Positions 1-9,726 of a stretch of 64,000 nucleotides of DNA are shown one piece after another. Every line of letters begins with the position of its first letter. Position 1 is the stretch's first letter. The notes under the pieces were generated by a model. That model was not told the origin of the DNA. It was given only the letters and a program-made list of their open reading frames with translations, and did not search any database. The translations under genes were made by a program, and so were the position numbers. The DNA is from Anaerolineaceae bacterium (GTDB lineage Bacteria > Chloroflexota > Anaerolineae > Anaerolineales > Anaerolineaceae), in the NCBI GenBank assembly GCA_012839565.1, contig DUMZ01000007.1, forward strand, positions 110,939-174,938. Direction: 5' to 3'.

Positions 1-1254
1 TTGGTTTCGCTTGCCAGTGCCACACCGCTGACTTTAACTATCACCTGGTCTTTAATTGATATCGCTGAACTTTTTTACCGCTTGCGCGCCGCGAACCCTG
101 AAAAAGACCAGGGCGCCATCGTTCGCATTTTCTCGCTGCGTGTGTTCGGCACATTTGCGCTTATCTTTGCGACAGCGGTCGCCTGGCAAGTCCAACCCGA
201 CTTTAGCTTTGACCAAATTCCTTCCACCGCTGGATTGTTCTTTCTGCTTGCAGCGGGTTTGCGTTTGGGGGTTTTGCCCGTGCACCTGCCTTTCACACAA
301 GGAGGTGCTGACAGCCAGGAGAGTAAGTTCCTGTTTGACCTGGCGCCGGTGGCATCTTCCCTAACGCTCATCGCGCGTTTGCCTGGTGATTTTCTCACCC
401 TGAACCGAACTTTGCTCATTATCGTGCAAGTCTTAAGTGCCATCGCGATGCTCTACGGCGCCATGATGTGGATTAGCCGCAAAACTGCCACTCAAGCCCG
501 CCCCTACTGGATTATCACGCTTTCCGCGTTTGCCTTACAATGCGCTCTGAACGGCGACCCCGGCAGCAGTCGCGTGTGGGGCTTGGCATTATTGCTGAGT
601 GGTGGCCTACTGTTCAGCTTCAACCCACCCATTCGCCGTATCCGCTTTTTGCCTGCTTTGGGTCTGGTGGGCTTGCTTGGCTTGCCTTATACCCTGTGCG
701 CGTCAGGCTGGCAAGGCGTTTTGGGGCAAAACTTTGGCATCGTCAGCGTTGGCGTGCTCATTAGCCACAGTCTGCTCGTTCTGGGCTATGTTCGCTATAT
801 CGCTGAGGCCAGTGGCGTTGTAACGGGTTTGGAAAAACATGCCCGCATCACCTTTCCCCTGGGTCTTATCATCATCTTTCAAACCATCGTCTTGCTGGGT
901 CTTATCGCCTGGCCTGGCGTCTTAACAGCGGGCGTTTGGTGGGCGAGTCTCATCAGCTTAGCGATAACCGTTTTAGTGATTATCACCTTGCGCGTCTTGG
1001 GCATTCGTGACTTGCAACAAGATTTAGCCTACAAACTTCCTTTTTACCGCATCTTATCGCCAGTTATTCGCTTTCTGCGTGTGATTTTCAGTCTTAGCTG
1101 GTTATACAACGCGCTCACCTGGATATATCGTCAGGTGTTTCGTCTTGAAAACTTTGCCAGTACGATTATTGAAGGTGACGGTGGACTGCTTTGGTCTCTT
1201 GTTTTTCTCTTAATCATCTTGCTCTTCCTTGCCTCAGGAGTCAAACTGTCATGA
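1..1254 (+). CDS. Polytopic membrane protein, 3' part of a gene that begins upstream of the window; degenerate NuoL/M / Mrp-type antiporter-like subunit
   Basis: Frame is open from base 1. The protein has many hydrophobic helices. LPVHLPF resembles the FPxHxWLP signature of NuoL/M/N-type subunits. The stop overlaps the next start (ATGA at 1251-1254). Confidence 0.5.
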   Translation: MVSLASATPLTLTITWSLIDIAELFYRLRAANPEKDQGAIVRIFSLRVFGTFALIFATAVAWQVQPDFSFDQIPSTAGLFFLLAAGLRLGVLPVHLPFTQGGADSQESKFLFDLAPVASSLTLIARLPGDFLTLNRTLLIIVQVLSAIAMLYGAMMWISRKTATQARPYWIITLSAFALQCALNGDPGSSRVWGLALLLSGGLLFSFNPPIRRIRFLPALGLVGLLGLPYTLCASGWQGVLGQNFGIVSVGVLISHSLLVLGYVRYIAEASGVVTGLEKHARITFPLGLIIIFQTIVLLGLIAWPGVLTAGVWWASLISLAITVLVIITLRVLGIRDLQQDLAYKLPFYRILSPVIRFLRVIFSLSWLYNALTWIYRQVFRLENFASTIIEGDGGLLWSLVFLLIILLFLASGVKLS

Positions 1255-1850
1255 CCAAGTTTTTGCTGACTGCTGCGGTGATAACAGGGCTTTTGGCTGC
1301 CCTGGCAAATTTAGTGCGCCGTAAATGGCTCTTTAACATTTTGGCACTGGCCATACAATATGTTTGTATATTTATCGTTTTCCCAAAAACAGATGGCTTT
1401 ATGCACGCCTTAATAAAAATTATCGTTGGCTTAATGTCAACGCTGATAATTTATCTGACTATTCAAAACACAGGTGCCGTAAAACGCGAACCATTTGAAT
1501 TTAAGCTCTCAGCAGGTGAACTATTCAGAATGCTCAGTGCTGTTTTCCTGGTAACGCTGGTTGTTTTAGCCAGCCCCTGGCTCCTGAAGGAAGTCTTTCC
1601 ACAAAGTAACATTTATATCTTGATATTAAGTTTGGGCTTAGCGCTCATCGGTCTTTTACAACTTGGGTCCAAAACTGAATCGCTTTATGTCATTATCGGT
1701 TTATTGACCTTCCTTTCTGGATTTGAACTGCTTTACGGCTCTCTTGAATTTTCCGCTCTGCTCGAAGCACTTTTTGCGATTGTTAATTTGCTGATTGCCA
1801 TTGCCGGCGCGTTCTTTATCGTCAAAGACCTGGAGACGGAAACACCATGA
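1251..1850 (+). CDS. Membrane protein with NuoK/MrpC-like N-terminus
   Basis: ATG at 1251 is preceded by CAGGAG at 1235-1240. LVRRKWLFNILALAIQYV parallels the NuoK RRNxLxxLxxxE helix but has Gln where the conserved Glu sits. The gene has ATGA overlaps on both sides. Confidence 0.5.
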   Translation: MTKFLLTAAVITGLLAALANLVRRKWLFNILALAIQYVCIFIVFPKTDGFMHALIKIIVGLMSTLIIYLTIQNTGAVKREPFEFKLSAGELFRMLSAVFLVTLVVLASPWLLKEVFPQSNIYILILSLGLALIGLLQLGSKTESLYVIIGLLTFLSGFELLYGSLEFSALLEALFAIVNLLIAIAGAFFIVKDLETETP

Positions 1851-3280
1851 TAAACAACACCGTTATCATATGGATTCTTATTCCAGTCGCTTTGAGTGGC
1901 ATTTTAGCGCTTTTGCAACGCTTCGCCAAACTCTCCACGGCAATTGTGTTGGTCAGTTCCGCGCTCTTAACCGTTCTGGCGTTTATCTTGCCTGAAGACC
2001 TTATCTTATCCATAGGCTCACGCCAAATCGCTTTTACTGACAGTCTTGAAATTTTCGGTCGGGTGCTTAAAATCACCAAAGCCAACCTTAGCCTGGTTGG
2101 GGGCATCTATCTCTGTGTTTTCCTGTGGAACAGCCTGGCACGCAAACTTGAAACAAGCCAGTGGTTCAATGCCTTATCGCTATTGATTGCGTCCTTGTGG
2201 ATAAGCGCTCTTGCCGTACAACCCTTCCTTTATGCTTCTGTGATTATTCTCCTGGTCGCTGTCGTCAGCATTCCATTGCTTTCTCCGCGCGGATCCAGGT
2301 CTGGCGCGGGCGTCCTGCGTTATGTCACCCTGCAAGCCATCGCTATGCCCCTGATTTTGCTCAGCGCGTGGATGCTGTCGGACATCGAAACCGCGCCTTC
2401 TGCCAGTGCGCTCATCTTACGTGCCACAGTGCTCATTTTGGGTGGTTTTGCCATTTGGCTTGCGCTCTTCCCGGTGCATACCTGGTTACCGATGGTCGGC
2501 CAGGAAAGCCATCCATGGACGCTAAGCTTCTTGCTTGTCGTCATGCAAAGCAGCTTGACGGTCTTTTTCATCTACTTTTTTGAAGAATATGCCTGGCTTC
2601 GCAATCTGCCAAATATATGGGAAATATTGCGTTGGGCGGGTATAGGAACCATTTTTATCGCCAGCCTTTTGTTGAGTTTTCAAAATCAAATCCGACGTCT
2701 CTTAGCCTACTTTTATCTGTGGGAAACAGGCTACGCGCTTTTGGCAATCGGACTGGCACAAGATGGCGGCTTGCACTATTTGCCCCTTATTTTCATGCCC
2801 AGAATTTTGGGTTATGCAGGATTAAGCTACATTATCGTCAAACTCGAACATCTGGAACCTGATTTTGATGGAAATATCAACAATCTCAAAGGCTTTTTCC
2901 ATCGCTATCCTTTCCTTAGCCTGGGATTAATTAGCACTTTGTTGAGTTTGTCTGGCTTACCCATACTCGCCAGTTTCCCTGCCAAACGCCATCTTATCAA
3001 TCTTTTACCCTGGTCAGGTTACGGCATGGAGACCTGGCTTATTCTCGGGTTTGTTGGCGCGCTTATTATGACTTTTAGGATCATTTATGCCTTGGTTAGT
3101 CCATCAGAAGAAGAACAAGCCATAGCCATGCTTGCACCACAAAAAGAAGATATCGGTATCGCTGTTTTTTGCACGGCTTTAATGTTGCTGTTCCTTATAT
3201 CCGGTTTCTTCCCTTCAATATTTAGTGGCCTCTTCAAAGGCATACTGGCCCCATTCGAGAATATTTATCTGTTTAACTAA
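1847..3280 (+). CDS. NuoN/MrpD-like proton-conducting membrane transporter family protein (divergent)
   Basis: 477 aa and polytopic. FPVHTWLP and RRLLAYFYLWETGYALLAIG match the family motifs (FPxHxWLP, KRLLAYSSIxHxG) only loosely. Confidence 0.6.
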   Translation: MINNTVIIWILIPVALSGILALLQRFAKLSTAIVLVSSALLTVLAFILPEDLILSIGSRQIAFTDSLEIFGRVLKITKANLSLVGGIYLCVFLWNSLARKLETSQWFNALSLLIASLWISALAVQPFLYASVIILLVAVVSIPLLSPRGSRSGAGVLRYVTLQAIAMPLILLSAWMLSDIETAPSASALILRATVLILGGFAIWLALFPVHTWLPMVGQESHPWTLSFLLVVMQSSLTVFFIYFFEEYAWLRNLPNIWEILRWAGIGTIFIASLLLSFQNQIRRLLAYFYLWETGYALLAIGLAQDGGLHYLPLIFMPRILGYAGLSYIIVKLEHLEPDFDGNINNLKGFFHRYPFLSLGLISTLLSLSGLPILASFPAKRHLINLLPWSGYGMETWLILGFVGALIMTFRIIYALVSPSEEEQAIAMLAPQKEDIGIAVFCTALMLLFLISGFFPSIFSGLFKGILAPFENIYLFN

Positions 3281-3349
3281 ACTTTTTTTCATTATTGAAG
3301 CATTCTTAGTATAATCACATTATACTTTTTTAGATAAAGGCAAAATACT

Positions 3350-4540
3350 ATGGACGAATATGCAGGCATAGAACAACTCGAACGACGTGTGGAATGGCTG
3401 GACAACGAACGTCGCAATGACAAAACTAATCTCGCTTCCATGCAAAACCGTCTTACTGTCCTTGAGGCTGAAAATGCTAATTTACGCAAGCAAATCAAAG
3501 AGATTGAGATGCTTGTTAGTCAACAAGGCACACAAATTTCATCTTTTGAAAGATACGATAACCAAATTTCTCGCTTGAACAATGAAATCGCAAAACAAGT
3601 ACGCGAAAGCAGCGAGCGCGCTAACTTTAACCTTGATGAAGCCAGCAAACGCCAAAGACTTGAAATCGATTCTGTAAAAACCAGCCTGGCAAAAATTCAC
3701 GAAAATCTTGAACAATTATCAGCATTAAGAGAAGAACTCAAATTACTTAAAGTGGAAGATACACGTCTCGCGCGACTTATTGAAGAACAAAAAGCAAAAA
3801 TCGTGGAAGTTAGCCGCTTTGACGAAGACTACCGACGTTCCCTGCAAATGATTGACGAAGGCCGTCGCCAGGAAGCCAAACGCCTTACTGAAGCTCAGGG
3901 TGAAATCACCTCTATGCGCAAACGCGTGGATGAAACGCGCAACCGCATTGAAGGACTGGCTGACAATTTCAGGTCTTTTGACACTCGCATCACCGAACTA
4001 TTGAGTTTTGAAAGAGACCGCAAAGAAGCGCAATCCGCATTCATTGACACCGTCAACAGCAGCCTGGTAGAAAAAGAACGCAGTTTCAAAAACTGGGAAG
4101 GACGTTTTCAGGAACTTGATAAAATCAATTTGACTCTCAACAGCCAAATTGAAGCCCTGGAAGAAGCCCGCCTTTCCGTCAGCAAATCAATTGCCCAGGC
4201 GGATAAAATGACTCAACAATTTGAACGGCGCATCAACGAAATCAGTGAAGTGCAGCGTCTTAATGACGAACGCTTCCGCCAGGAATGGGCTGGTTTCAAA
4301 TCGGACGATATCAAACGCTGGGCAAACTATATGCTCACCTATGAAGAACAAAATCGCGAAAGCGCGCAGGAAATTGGCGAACTGACCCGCCAAATTGAAG
4401 AAATTAAAGATATCTCCGTGCGCAACCAGGATGCAATTGACGCCCTGAACCGTGAAACCGTGCGCCACGTGCAAGCCATTTTACGCGCTTATCAGGACTC
4501 CATTCAAAATATCGCCACATTGTTGGATAACAAGGCCTAA
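3350..4540 (+). CDS. Coiled-coil protein, function unknown
   Basis: 396 aa. Heptad-rich E/K/R/L/Q composition throughout, with no enzymatic motif. The stop lies 3 nt before the selB ATG. Confidence 0.6.
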   Translation: MDEYAGIEQLERRVEWLDNERRNDKTNLASMQNRLTVLEAENANLRKQIKEIEMLVSQQGTQISSFERYDNQISRLNNEIAKQVRESSERANFNLDEASKRQRLEIDSVKTSLAKIHENLEQLSALREELKLLKVEDTRLARLIEEQKAKIVEVSRFDEDYRRSLQMIDEGRRQEAKRLTEAQGEITSMRKRVDETRNRIEGLADNFRSFDTRITELLSFERDRKEAQSAFIDTVNSSLVEKERSFKNWEGRFQELDKINLTLNSQIEALEEARLSVSKSIAQADKMTQQFERRINEISEVQRLNDERFRQEWAGFKSDDIKRWANYMLTYEEQNRESAQEIGELTRQIEEIKDISVRNQDAIDALNRETVRHVQAILRAYQDSIQNIATLLDNKA

Positions 4541-4543
4541 ACT

Positions 4544-6439
4544 ATGCGCATTATCGGCACCGCAGGTCACGTAGATCATGGCAAGTCAACCCTTGTCACT
4601 GCCCTTACCGGTGTTGACCCTGATCGCTTAAAAGAAGAAAAAGCCCGCGAGATGACTATCGACCTGGGCTTTGCTTCTTTAACCCTGCCTAACGGCGAAT
4701 CAATGGGCATTATCGACGTCCCTGGTCATCGCGATTTTATCGGCAATATGCTAAGTGGAATCGGTGGCATTGATGCCGTTCTGCTTATTATCGCCGCTGA
4801 TGAAGGCGTATCAGCGCAAACCCGCGAACATCTTGCCATCCTTGACCTGCTGGATATTCAAAAAGGCTTTGTCGTCCTGACCAAAATCGACCTGGTCTCC
4901 GAACCGGAATGGATAGACCTTGTAGAGCTGGAAGCCCAGGAAGTTCTCGCGAACACCAGCTTGAAAGATGCCAAAATACTGCGTGTTTCAGCCATTACCG
5001 GCGAAGGCATATCGGAACTTCTTCAGGCCTTACAGGAACTCTTGCAAGACTTGCCCCCCAAGGCAGACCTCAACCGCCCGCGCTTGCCAGTTGACCGCGT
5101 TTTTAGTCTCACCGGTTTTGGCACCATCGTCACCGGCACACTTTTGGACGGTAGCTTTGCCATCGGTGATGAAATTGTCTGTATGCCTGATGGAAAGCCC
5201 GGACGCATACGTGGCCTGCAAAACCACAAACACAAGCTCCAAAAAATCGCTCCCGGCCACCGCACCGCCATAAACATCAACGGACTGGACAAAGAAGACA
5301 TCAAGCGTGGCGATGTCATCACCAAACCAGGAACATACACCCCCACCACACGCCTGGACGCGCATTTCCGGCTTATTCATGACGCGTCTAAGCCACTCAA
5401 ACACAACACCGAAGTAAAAGTCTTCATCGGTAGCGCTGAAACATCCGCCCGGTTGCGCCTTTTGGGCACCGAAAAACTCAAACAAGGTGAAAGCGCCTTC
5501 ATTCAACTCAAACTCGACAATCCCATCATCGCCGCCCGTGGTGACCATTACGTTTTACGTCTGCCCTCGCCGGCTGAAACCATCGGTGGTGGTGTCATCA
5601 TTGACCCGCACCCAAGCCGTTTCTACCGGCGCTTTGACGAGGATAACCTGACCCGCCTTCAGGAACTCCACGCCGGCAATGAGAGTGATTTGCTTGTGCA
5701 AGCCTTGCGCATTTTAGGCATCGCGACGGGCAGCGAAATTGTTCAAAAATCAGGCCTTTCGGAAAATGTCGTCAGAAATCTTTTACAAAACTTAGTCGAA
5801 GAAGACCGCGTATTCGTCCTGAGGGCCAGTCCCACGCTCAACAAAACCCGCCTAACCCTAAAAGAAAACTGGCAAGACTTGCAATACAAAGCCATTGAAT
5901 ACATCACCGATTTTCATCAACGTCAGCCCCTGAAAGCTGGTATCACGCGGGAGAATTTACGCGCCAGCCTAAAACTCCATCAGAACAATTTTGACCTTAT
6001 CATCGAACATCTCGCCAGGCAAGGCGACATTAAACTCATGGGGCACCTCATCAAACATCACGATCATTCCGTGGTCTTCACTGGTGAACAGGAAAAGCAA
6101 ATTGCGCCTCTCATGGCAAAATTCAAAAGCCAGCCCTACGCCCCACCGGATCGTGCTGAGACTCTAAACTACATCGATGAAACCCTGCTGGATGGTCTCA
6201 TTGGCAGTGGACGCCTGGTGGCAGTATCAGAAAACATTTTACTCACACCAGATACTCTAAAAGAAATGCAAGACTGGGTTGCTGCCACAATCAAGACGAA
6301 TGGCAGTTTGACCATGGCAGAGTTCCGCGATCATTACCAAAACAGCCGAAAATACGCCCAGGCCATCCTTGAATATATGGATAGTTTGGGATTTACAATC
6401 CGAAAAGGTGACATAAGAACCCTAAGGATAGTACAATAG
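4544..6439 (+). CDS. selB: Selenocysteine-specific translation elongation factor SelB
   Basis: N-terminus IGTAGHVDHGKSTLVTALTGVDPDRLKEEKAREMTIDLGFA is near-identical in pattern to E. coli SelB. DVPGH and TKID GTPase motifs are present. The 631-aa length includes the long C-terminal winged-helix region. Confidence 0.9.
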   Translation: MRIIGTAGHVDHGKSTLVTALTGVDPDRLKEEKAREMTIDLGFASLTLPNGESMGIIDVPGHRDFIGNMLSGIGGIDAVLLIIAADEGVSAQTREHLAILDLLDIQKGFVVLTKIDLVSEPEWIDLVELEAQEVLANTSLKDAKILRVSAITGEGISELLQALQELLQDLPPKADLNRPRLPVDRVFSLTGFGTIVTGTLLDGSFAIGDEIVCMPDGKPGRIRGLQNHKHKLQKIAPGHRTAININGLDKEDIKRGDVITKPGTYTPTTRLDAHFRLIHDASKPLKHNTEVKVFIGSAETSARLRLLGTEKLKQGESAFIQLKLDNPIIAARGDHYVLRLPSPAETIGGGVIIDPHPSRFYRRFDEDNLTRLQELHAGNESDLLVQALRILGIATGSEIVQKSGLSENVVRNLLQNLVEEDRVFVLRASPTLNKTRLTLKENWQDLQYKAIEYITDFHQRQPLKAGITRENLRASLKLHQNNFDLIIEHLARQGDIKLMGHLIKHHDHSVVFTGEQEKQIAPLMAKFKSQPYAPPDRAETLNYIDETLLDGLIGSGRLVAVSENILLTPDTLKEMQDWVAATIKTNGSLTMAEFRDHYQNSRKYAQAILEYMDSLGFTIRKGDIRTLRIVQ

Positions 6440-6469
6440 AGATAGCAATAATAAACATAAGGAGAACCT

Positions 6470-7408
6470 ATGACATACAAAGTTTTGATTACCGATGGCC
6501 TTGAGCAGATTGGCAAGGACATCATCAACCAAGCAGGCGAAGCGATTGACAAGAAAGGCATTGAAGCCGATCAACTGCTCGCCGAAGCCCACGAATACCA
6601 CGGCATGATTGTTCGCGGACGCACCAAGGTCACCCGCCAGGTTTTCGAAGCTGCAAAGAATCTCAAAGTTGTCGGTCGCGCTGGTGTTGGTGTTGATAAC
6701 ATCGACCTCGAAGCTGCCAAAGAACACGGCGTCACCGTCGTCAACTGCCCCGTCGCCACCACCGTGGCTGTAGCCGAATTAGCCTTTGGCTTGATGCTCG
6801 CCATGATTCGCCGTATTCCATACGCCGACGCTGGCATGAAAAACGAAAAATGGCTCAAGAAAGAACTTGTCGGCTCCGAACTCATGGGCAAAACCCTTGG
6901 CATCATCGGTTATGGCAACATCGGCCGCCGCCTGGCCAAATACGCCCTGGCATTTGGCATGAAAGTCATCTGCTACAACCGCCGCAGAGATCTCGACGAA
7001 GTCCGCTCAACCGGTGCAGAACCCGTTGAACTTGAAGACATCTATACCCAAAGCGACATCATCAGTCTCCATCTCCCCCTCAACCCCGCATCCAAATACA
7101 TGATTAACGACGAAACCTTCGCCAAGATGAAAAACGGCGTGATGATCGTTGACGTCGCCCGTGGCGGTGTGATGGAAGAAGCCGCTCTCCTGCGCGCGCT
7201 TGATTCTGGCAAAGTGGCTGCCGCTGCATTGGACGTTTACGAAAAAGAACCACCCGTTGACTGGTCCGTGCCCAAGCACCCCAACATCATCGCGGTGCCC
7301 CACATCGGCGGACAAACCCAGGAAGCCCAGGAACGCGCCGCAGAAGACATCGCCTCCGAAGTGATGAACGTTCTGCAAGGCAAAGACCTGCGCTGGAAGA
7401 TTTGCTAA
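6470..7408 (+). CDS. D-isomer-specific 2-hydroxyacid dehydrogenase (phosphoglycerate dehydrogenase-like, no ACT domain)
   Basis: GIIGYGNIGRRLA NAD-binding fold is present. The catalytic region PHIGGQTQEAQ is present. AAGGAG SD lies upstream. Confidence 0.8.
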   Translation: MTYKVLITDGLEQIGKDIINQAGEAIDKKGIEADQLLAEAHEYHGMIVRGRTKVTRQVFEAAKNLKVVGRAGVGVDNIDLEAAKEHGVTVVNCPVATTVAVAELAFGLMLAMIRRIPYADAGMKNEKWLKKELVGSELMGKTLGIIGYGNIGRRLAKYALAFGMKVICYNRRRDLDEVRSTGAEPVELEDIYTQSDIISLHLPLNPASKYMINDETFAKMKNGVMIVDVARGGVMEEAALLRALDSGKVAAAALDVYEKEPPVDWSVPKHPNIIAVPHIGGQTQEAQERAAEDIASEVMNVLQGKDLRWKIC

Positions 7409-7423
7409 ATAAGCTGTAAACCC

Positions 7424-7454
7424 GATAACATTCGCCTAAAAAGCGAATGTTATC
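7424..7454 (+). terminator. Hairpin after the dehydrogenase gene (12-bp perfect stem, weak T-tract)
   Basis: GATAACATTCGC-ctaaaaa-GCGAATGTTATC. Confidence 0.45.
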
Positions 7455-7483
7455 CTTTAAGGACACTTTTATAAGGAAAAGCC

Positions 7484-8992
7484 ATGACTTTTGAAGAAAA
7501 ACTCAAAACCTTTCGCAACCATTACGCCACCACACAACTGTTAGGTGGCATTCAAGGTCTGTTGGGATGGGACCAAATGACCTATATGCCTATGGGCGCC
7601 ATGCAAAGCCGTGGCGAACAGCTTCAGGCCTTGGGTGGCATCCTTTACGACCGCGCCACCAGTCCCGAATATGGCCAACTCATCGCTGACCTGGTAGCGG
7701 AAATCCCAGACCTAAACGCGGATGAACCCGTCGCCCGCGAACTCAAACTCGCCAAACGCAATTACGAACAATCCACCAAAGTCCCCAAAGAAAAAATGAT
7801 GGAACTCATCATGACCACCAGTGTGGCACAAGGTGTTTGGCAAAAAGCCAAAGAAGAAAACGATTTTGCCGCTTTTCAACCCCACTTGCAAAAGATTCTC
7901 GAACTCAACCTGGAACTGGTGGAATACCTCAAACCCTACGACCATCCCTACGATGCCCTTGCGGACCAATATGAACCCGGCTTAAAAACTGCTCAGGTTA
8001 AAGCTATCTTTGGTGCGCTACGACCCCGCCAGGTTGAACTCATCCAAGCCATCAGCGAACGCCCCCAACCCGAAACCGACTTCCTTTTCCAGCGTTATCC
8101 CATCGACCTGCAACGCAAAGTAAACCGGTATTTTGCCACCAAACAAGGCTTTGACTGGAACCACGGCAGACTGGACGAATCCGCCCACCCCTTCACCACC
8201 AATTTTGGTATGGACGACGTGCGTCTCACCACCAATTACGACGAGTTCAACGCCATGGACGCCCTCTTTAGCACCATGCACGAAACGGGTCACGGCCTTT
8301 ACGAACTGGGCATCAGCAAAGCTTATAAAGGTACCACTATCGGTGGTACATCCTCCATGGCATTGCACGAATCGCAATCGCGCCTTTGGGAAAACCTCGT
8401 TGGACGTTCCAAAGCCTTTTGGTCACACTTTTACCCGACTCTCCAGGCTTTCTTTAGCGAAAATCTCGCCAATGTCAGCCTGAACAAATTCTACAAAGCC
8501 ATCAACAAAGTAAGCCCATCGCTTATTCGCACTGAAGCTGATGAAGCCACCTATAACCTGCACATCATGTTGCGCTTTGAAATTGAACTGGGCATGATTG
8601 AAGGTCGCATGGCTACAAAAGACCTGCCTGAAATCTGGAATGAGAAAATGCGCGACTACCTGGGCGTCGTTCCCAGCAACGACACAACCGGCGTCCTGCA
8701 AGACGTGCACTGGTCAGGTGGTATGATCGGCTACTTCCCCAGCTACGCGATAGGCAACCTGATTGCCTCACAATGGTGGCATCAGTTGCTCAAAGACCAG
8801 CCCAACACGATTGACGAAATTGCCTCCGGTAATCTTGCCAACATTCTGACATGGTTGCGCGAAAACGTGCATCAACATGGCAGCCGTTACGACTCGATGG
8901 ATCTCGTCCAGCGCGTCACCGGCGAACCACTGAACCCTGATTACTACATGAACTACCTCACTGAAAAGTACAGCGAGATTTACGAGCTGTAG
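7484..8992 (+). CDS. Carboxypeptidase Taq-type metallopeptidase (M32)
   Basis: HETGHGLYE (HExxH) and HESQSRLWEN motifs are typical of M32. 502 aa. Confidence 0.9.
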   Translation: MTFEEKLKTFRNHYATTQLLGGIQGLLGWDQMTYMPMGAMQSRGEQLQALGGILYDRATSPEYGQLIADLVAEIPDLNADEPVARELKLAKRNYEQSTKVPKEKMMELIMTTSVAQGVWQKAKEENDFAAFQPHLQKILELNLELVEYLKPYDHPYDALADQYEPGLKTAQVKAIFGALRPRQVELIQAISERPQPETDFLFQRYPIDLQRKVNRYFATKQGFDWNHGRLDESAHPFTTNFGMDDVRLTTNYDEFNAMDALFSTMHETGHGLYELGISKAYKGTTIGGTSSMALHESQSRLWENLVGRSKAFWSHFYPTLQAFFSENLANVSLNKFYKAINKVSPSLIRTEADEATYNLHIMLRFEIELGMIEGRMATKDLPEIWNEKMRDYLGVVPSNDTTGVLQDVHWSGGMIGYFPSYAIGNLIASQWWHQLLKDQPNTIDEIASGNLANILTWLRENVHQHGSRYDSMDLVQRVTGEPLNPDYYMNYLTEKYSEIYEL

Positions 8993-9019
8993 TTTTTTAG
9001 AATTAGATATACTTCAAGA

Positions 9020-9052
9020 AAAAGTGACGTGGTTTACACTGCGTCACTTTTT
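9020..9052. terminator. Bidirectional terminator between convergent genes
   Basis: AAAAGTGACG-loop-CGTCACTTTTTT. Confidence 0.6.
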
Positions 9053-9069
9053 TAATCATGGTTCAAAAT

Positions 9070-9576
9070 TCATTTATCCTGATTGTTTTCAAGCACCATT
9101 TCCAGTTCTATCAATTTACCACCTGGCACTTCCTGTTCTACCTTTTTTCCTGTAAAAACAAAACCTTTCTCACGGTAAAACCGAATCGCTTTTTCATTAC
9201 CATCCAGGACGAATAAAACAACCGGACCAGAAGGCAACATTTCAAGGCATCGTTCCAGCAATGCGGAGCCAATGCCATGCATTTGAAAATCTTTTAGGAT
9301 ATACAAAGCCATAATCTCAGAAGAAGGCTGTATGCTCGCAAAAGTTCTGGCTTCTGGGAGATAACAGGCATAGCCCACAACCTCACCACTCACCATGGCA
9401 ACAAATGTGTTTTTTGGATAAGCAAAGGCCATTGTCCGGCATCGTTCCAGGCTGTGCTTCTCCAAAAATGCCTGCGGAACTAAGTCAGCATAGCTCTCTT
9501 TCCAGGAGATGAAGTGAACACTGGCTTTCCCGTTTAATTCCTGCTCGGTTAAAGCTTCTTTGATTACAAACTCCAT
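9070..9576 (-). CDS. GNAT family N-acetyltransferase
   Basis: Acetyl-CoA motif FQMHGIGSALLE...AIRFYREKGF. I prefer the ATG at 9576 (AAGGTGA SD 7 nt upstream) over the GTG at 9585 in the ORF track. Confidence 0.75.
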   Translation of the reverse strand: MEFVIKEALTEQELNGKASVHFISWKESYADLVPQAFLEKHSLERCRTMAFAYPKNTFVAMVSGEVVGYACYLPEARTFASIQPSSEIMALYILKDFQMHGIGSALLERCLEMLPSGPVVLFVLDGNEKAIRFYREKGFVFTGKKVEQEVPGGKLIELEMVLENNQDK

Positions 9577-9704
9577 ATTTGTCACCTTAAATCAATTCCC
9601 GGTACATCATTCAGTATTACTTTTAGCTTATCCATATTTTATCAAAAGCCTAAAAAATACTCCGTTTTGTACAAGCTTAAATTTGAATTCACAATCATTC
9701 TTAT

Positions 9705-9719
9705 TTAGAATAATTATAA
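9705..9719. promoter_or_regulatory. PerR/Fur-type operator (7-1-7 inverted repeat)
   Basis: TTAGAATAATTATAA matches the Bacillus PerR box TTATAATNATTATAA at all but one defined position. It overlaps the putative -10 just upstream of the perR ATG. Confidence 0.5.
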
Positions 9720-9726
9720 ATAAGCG

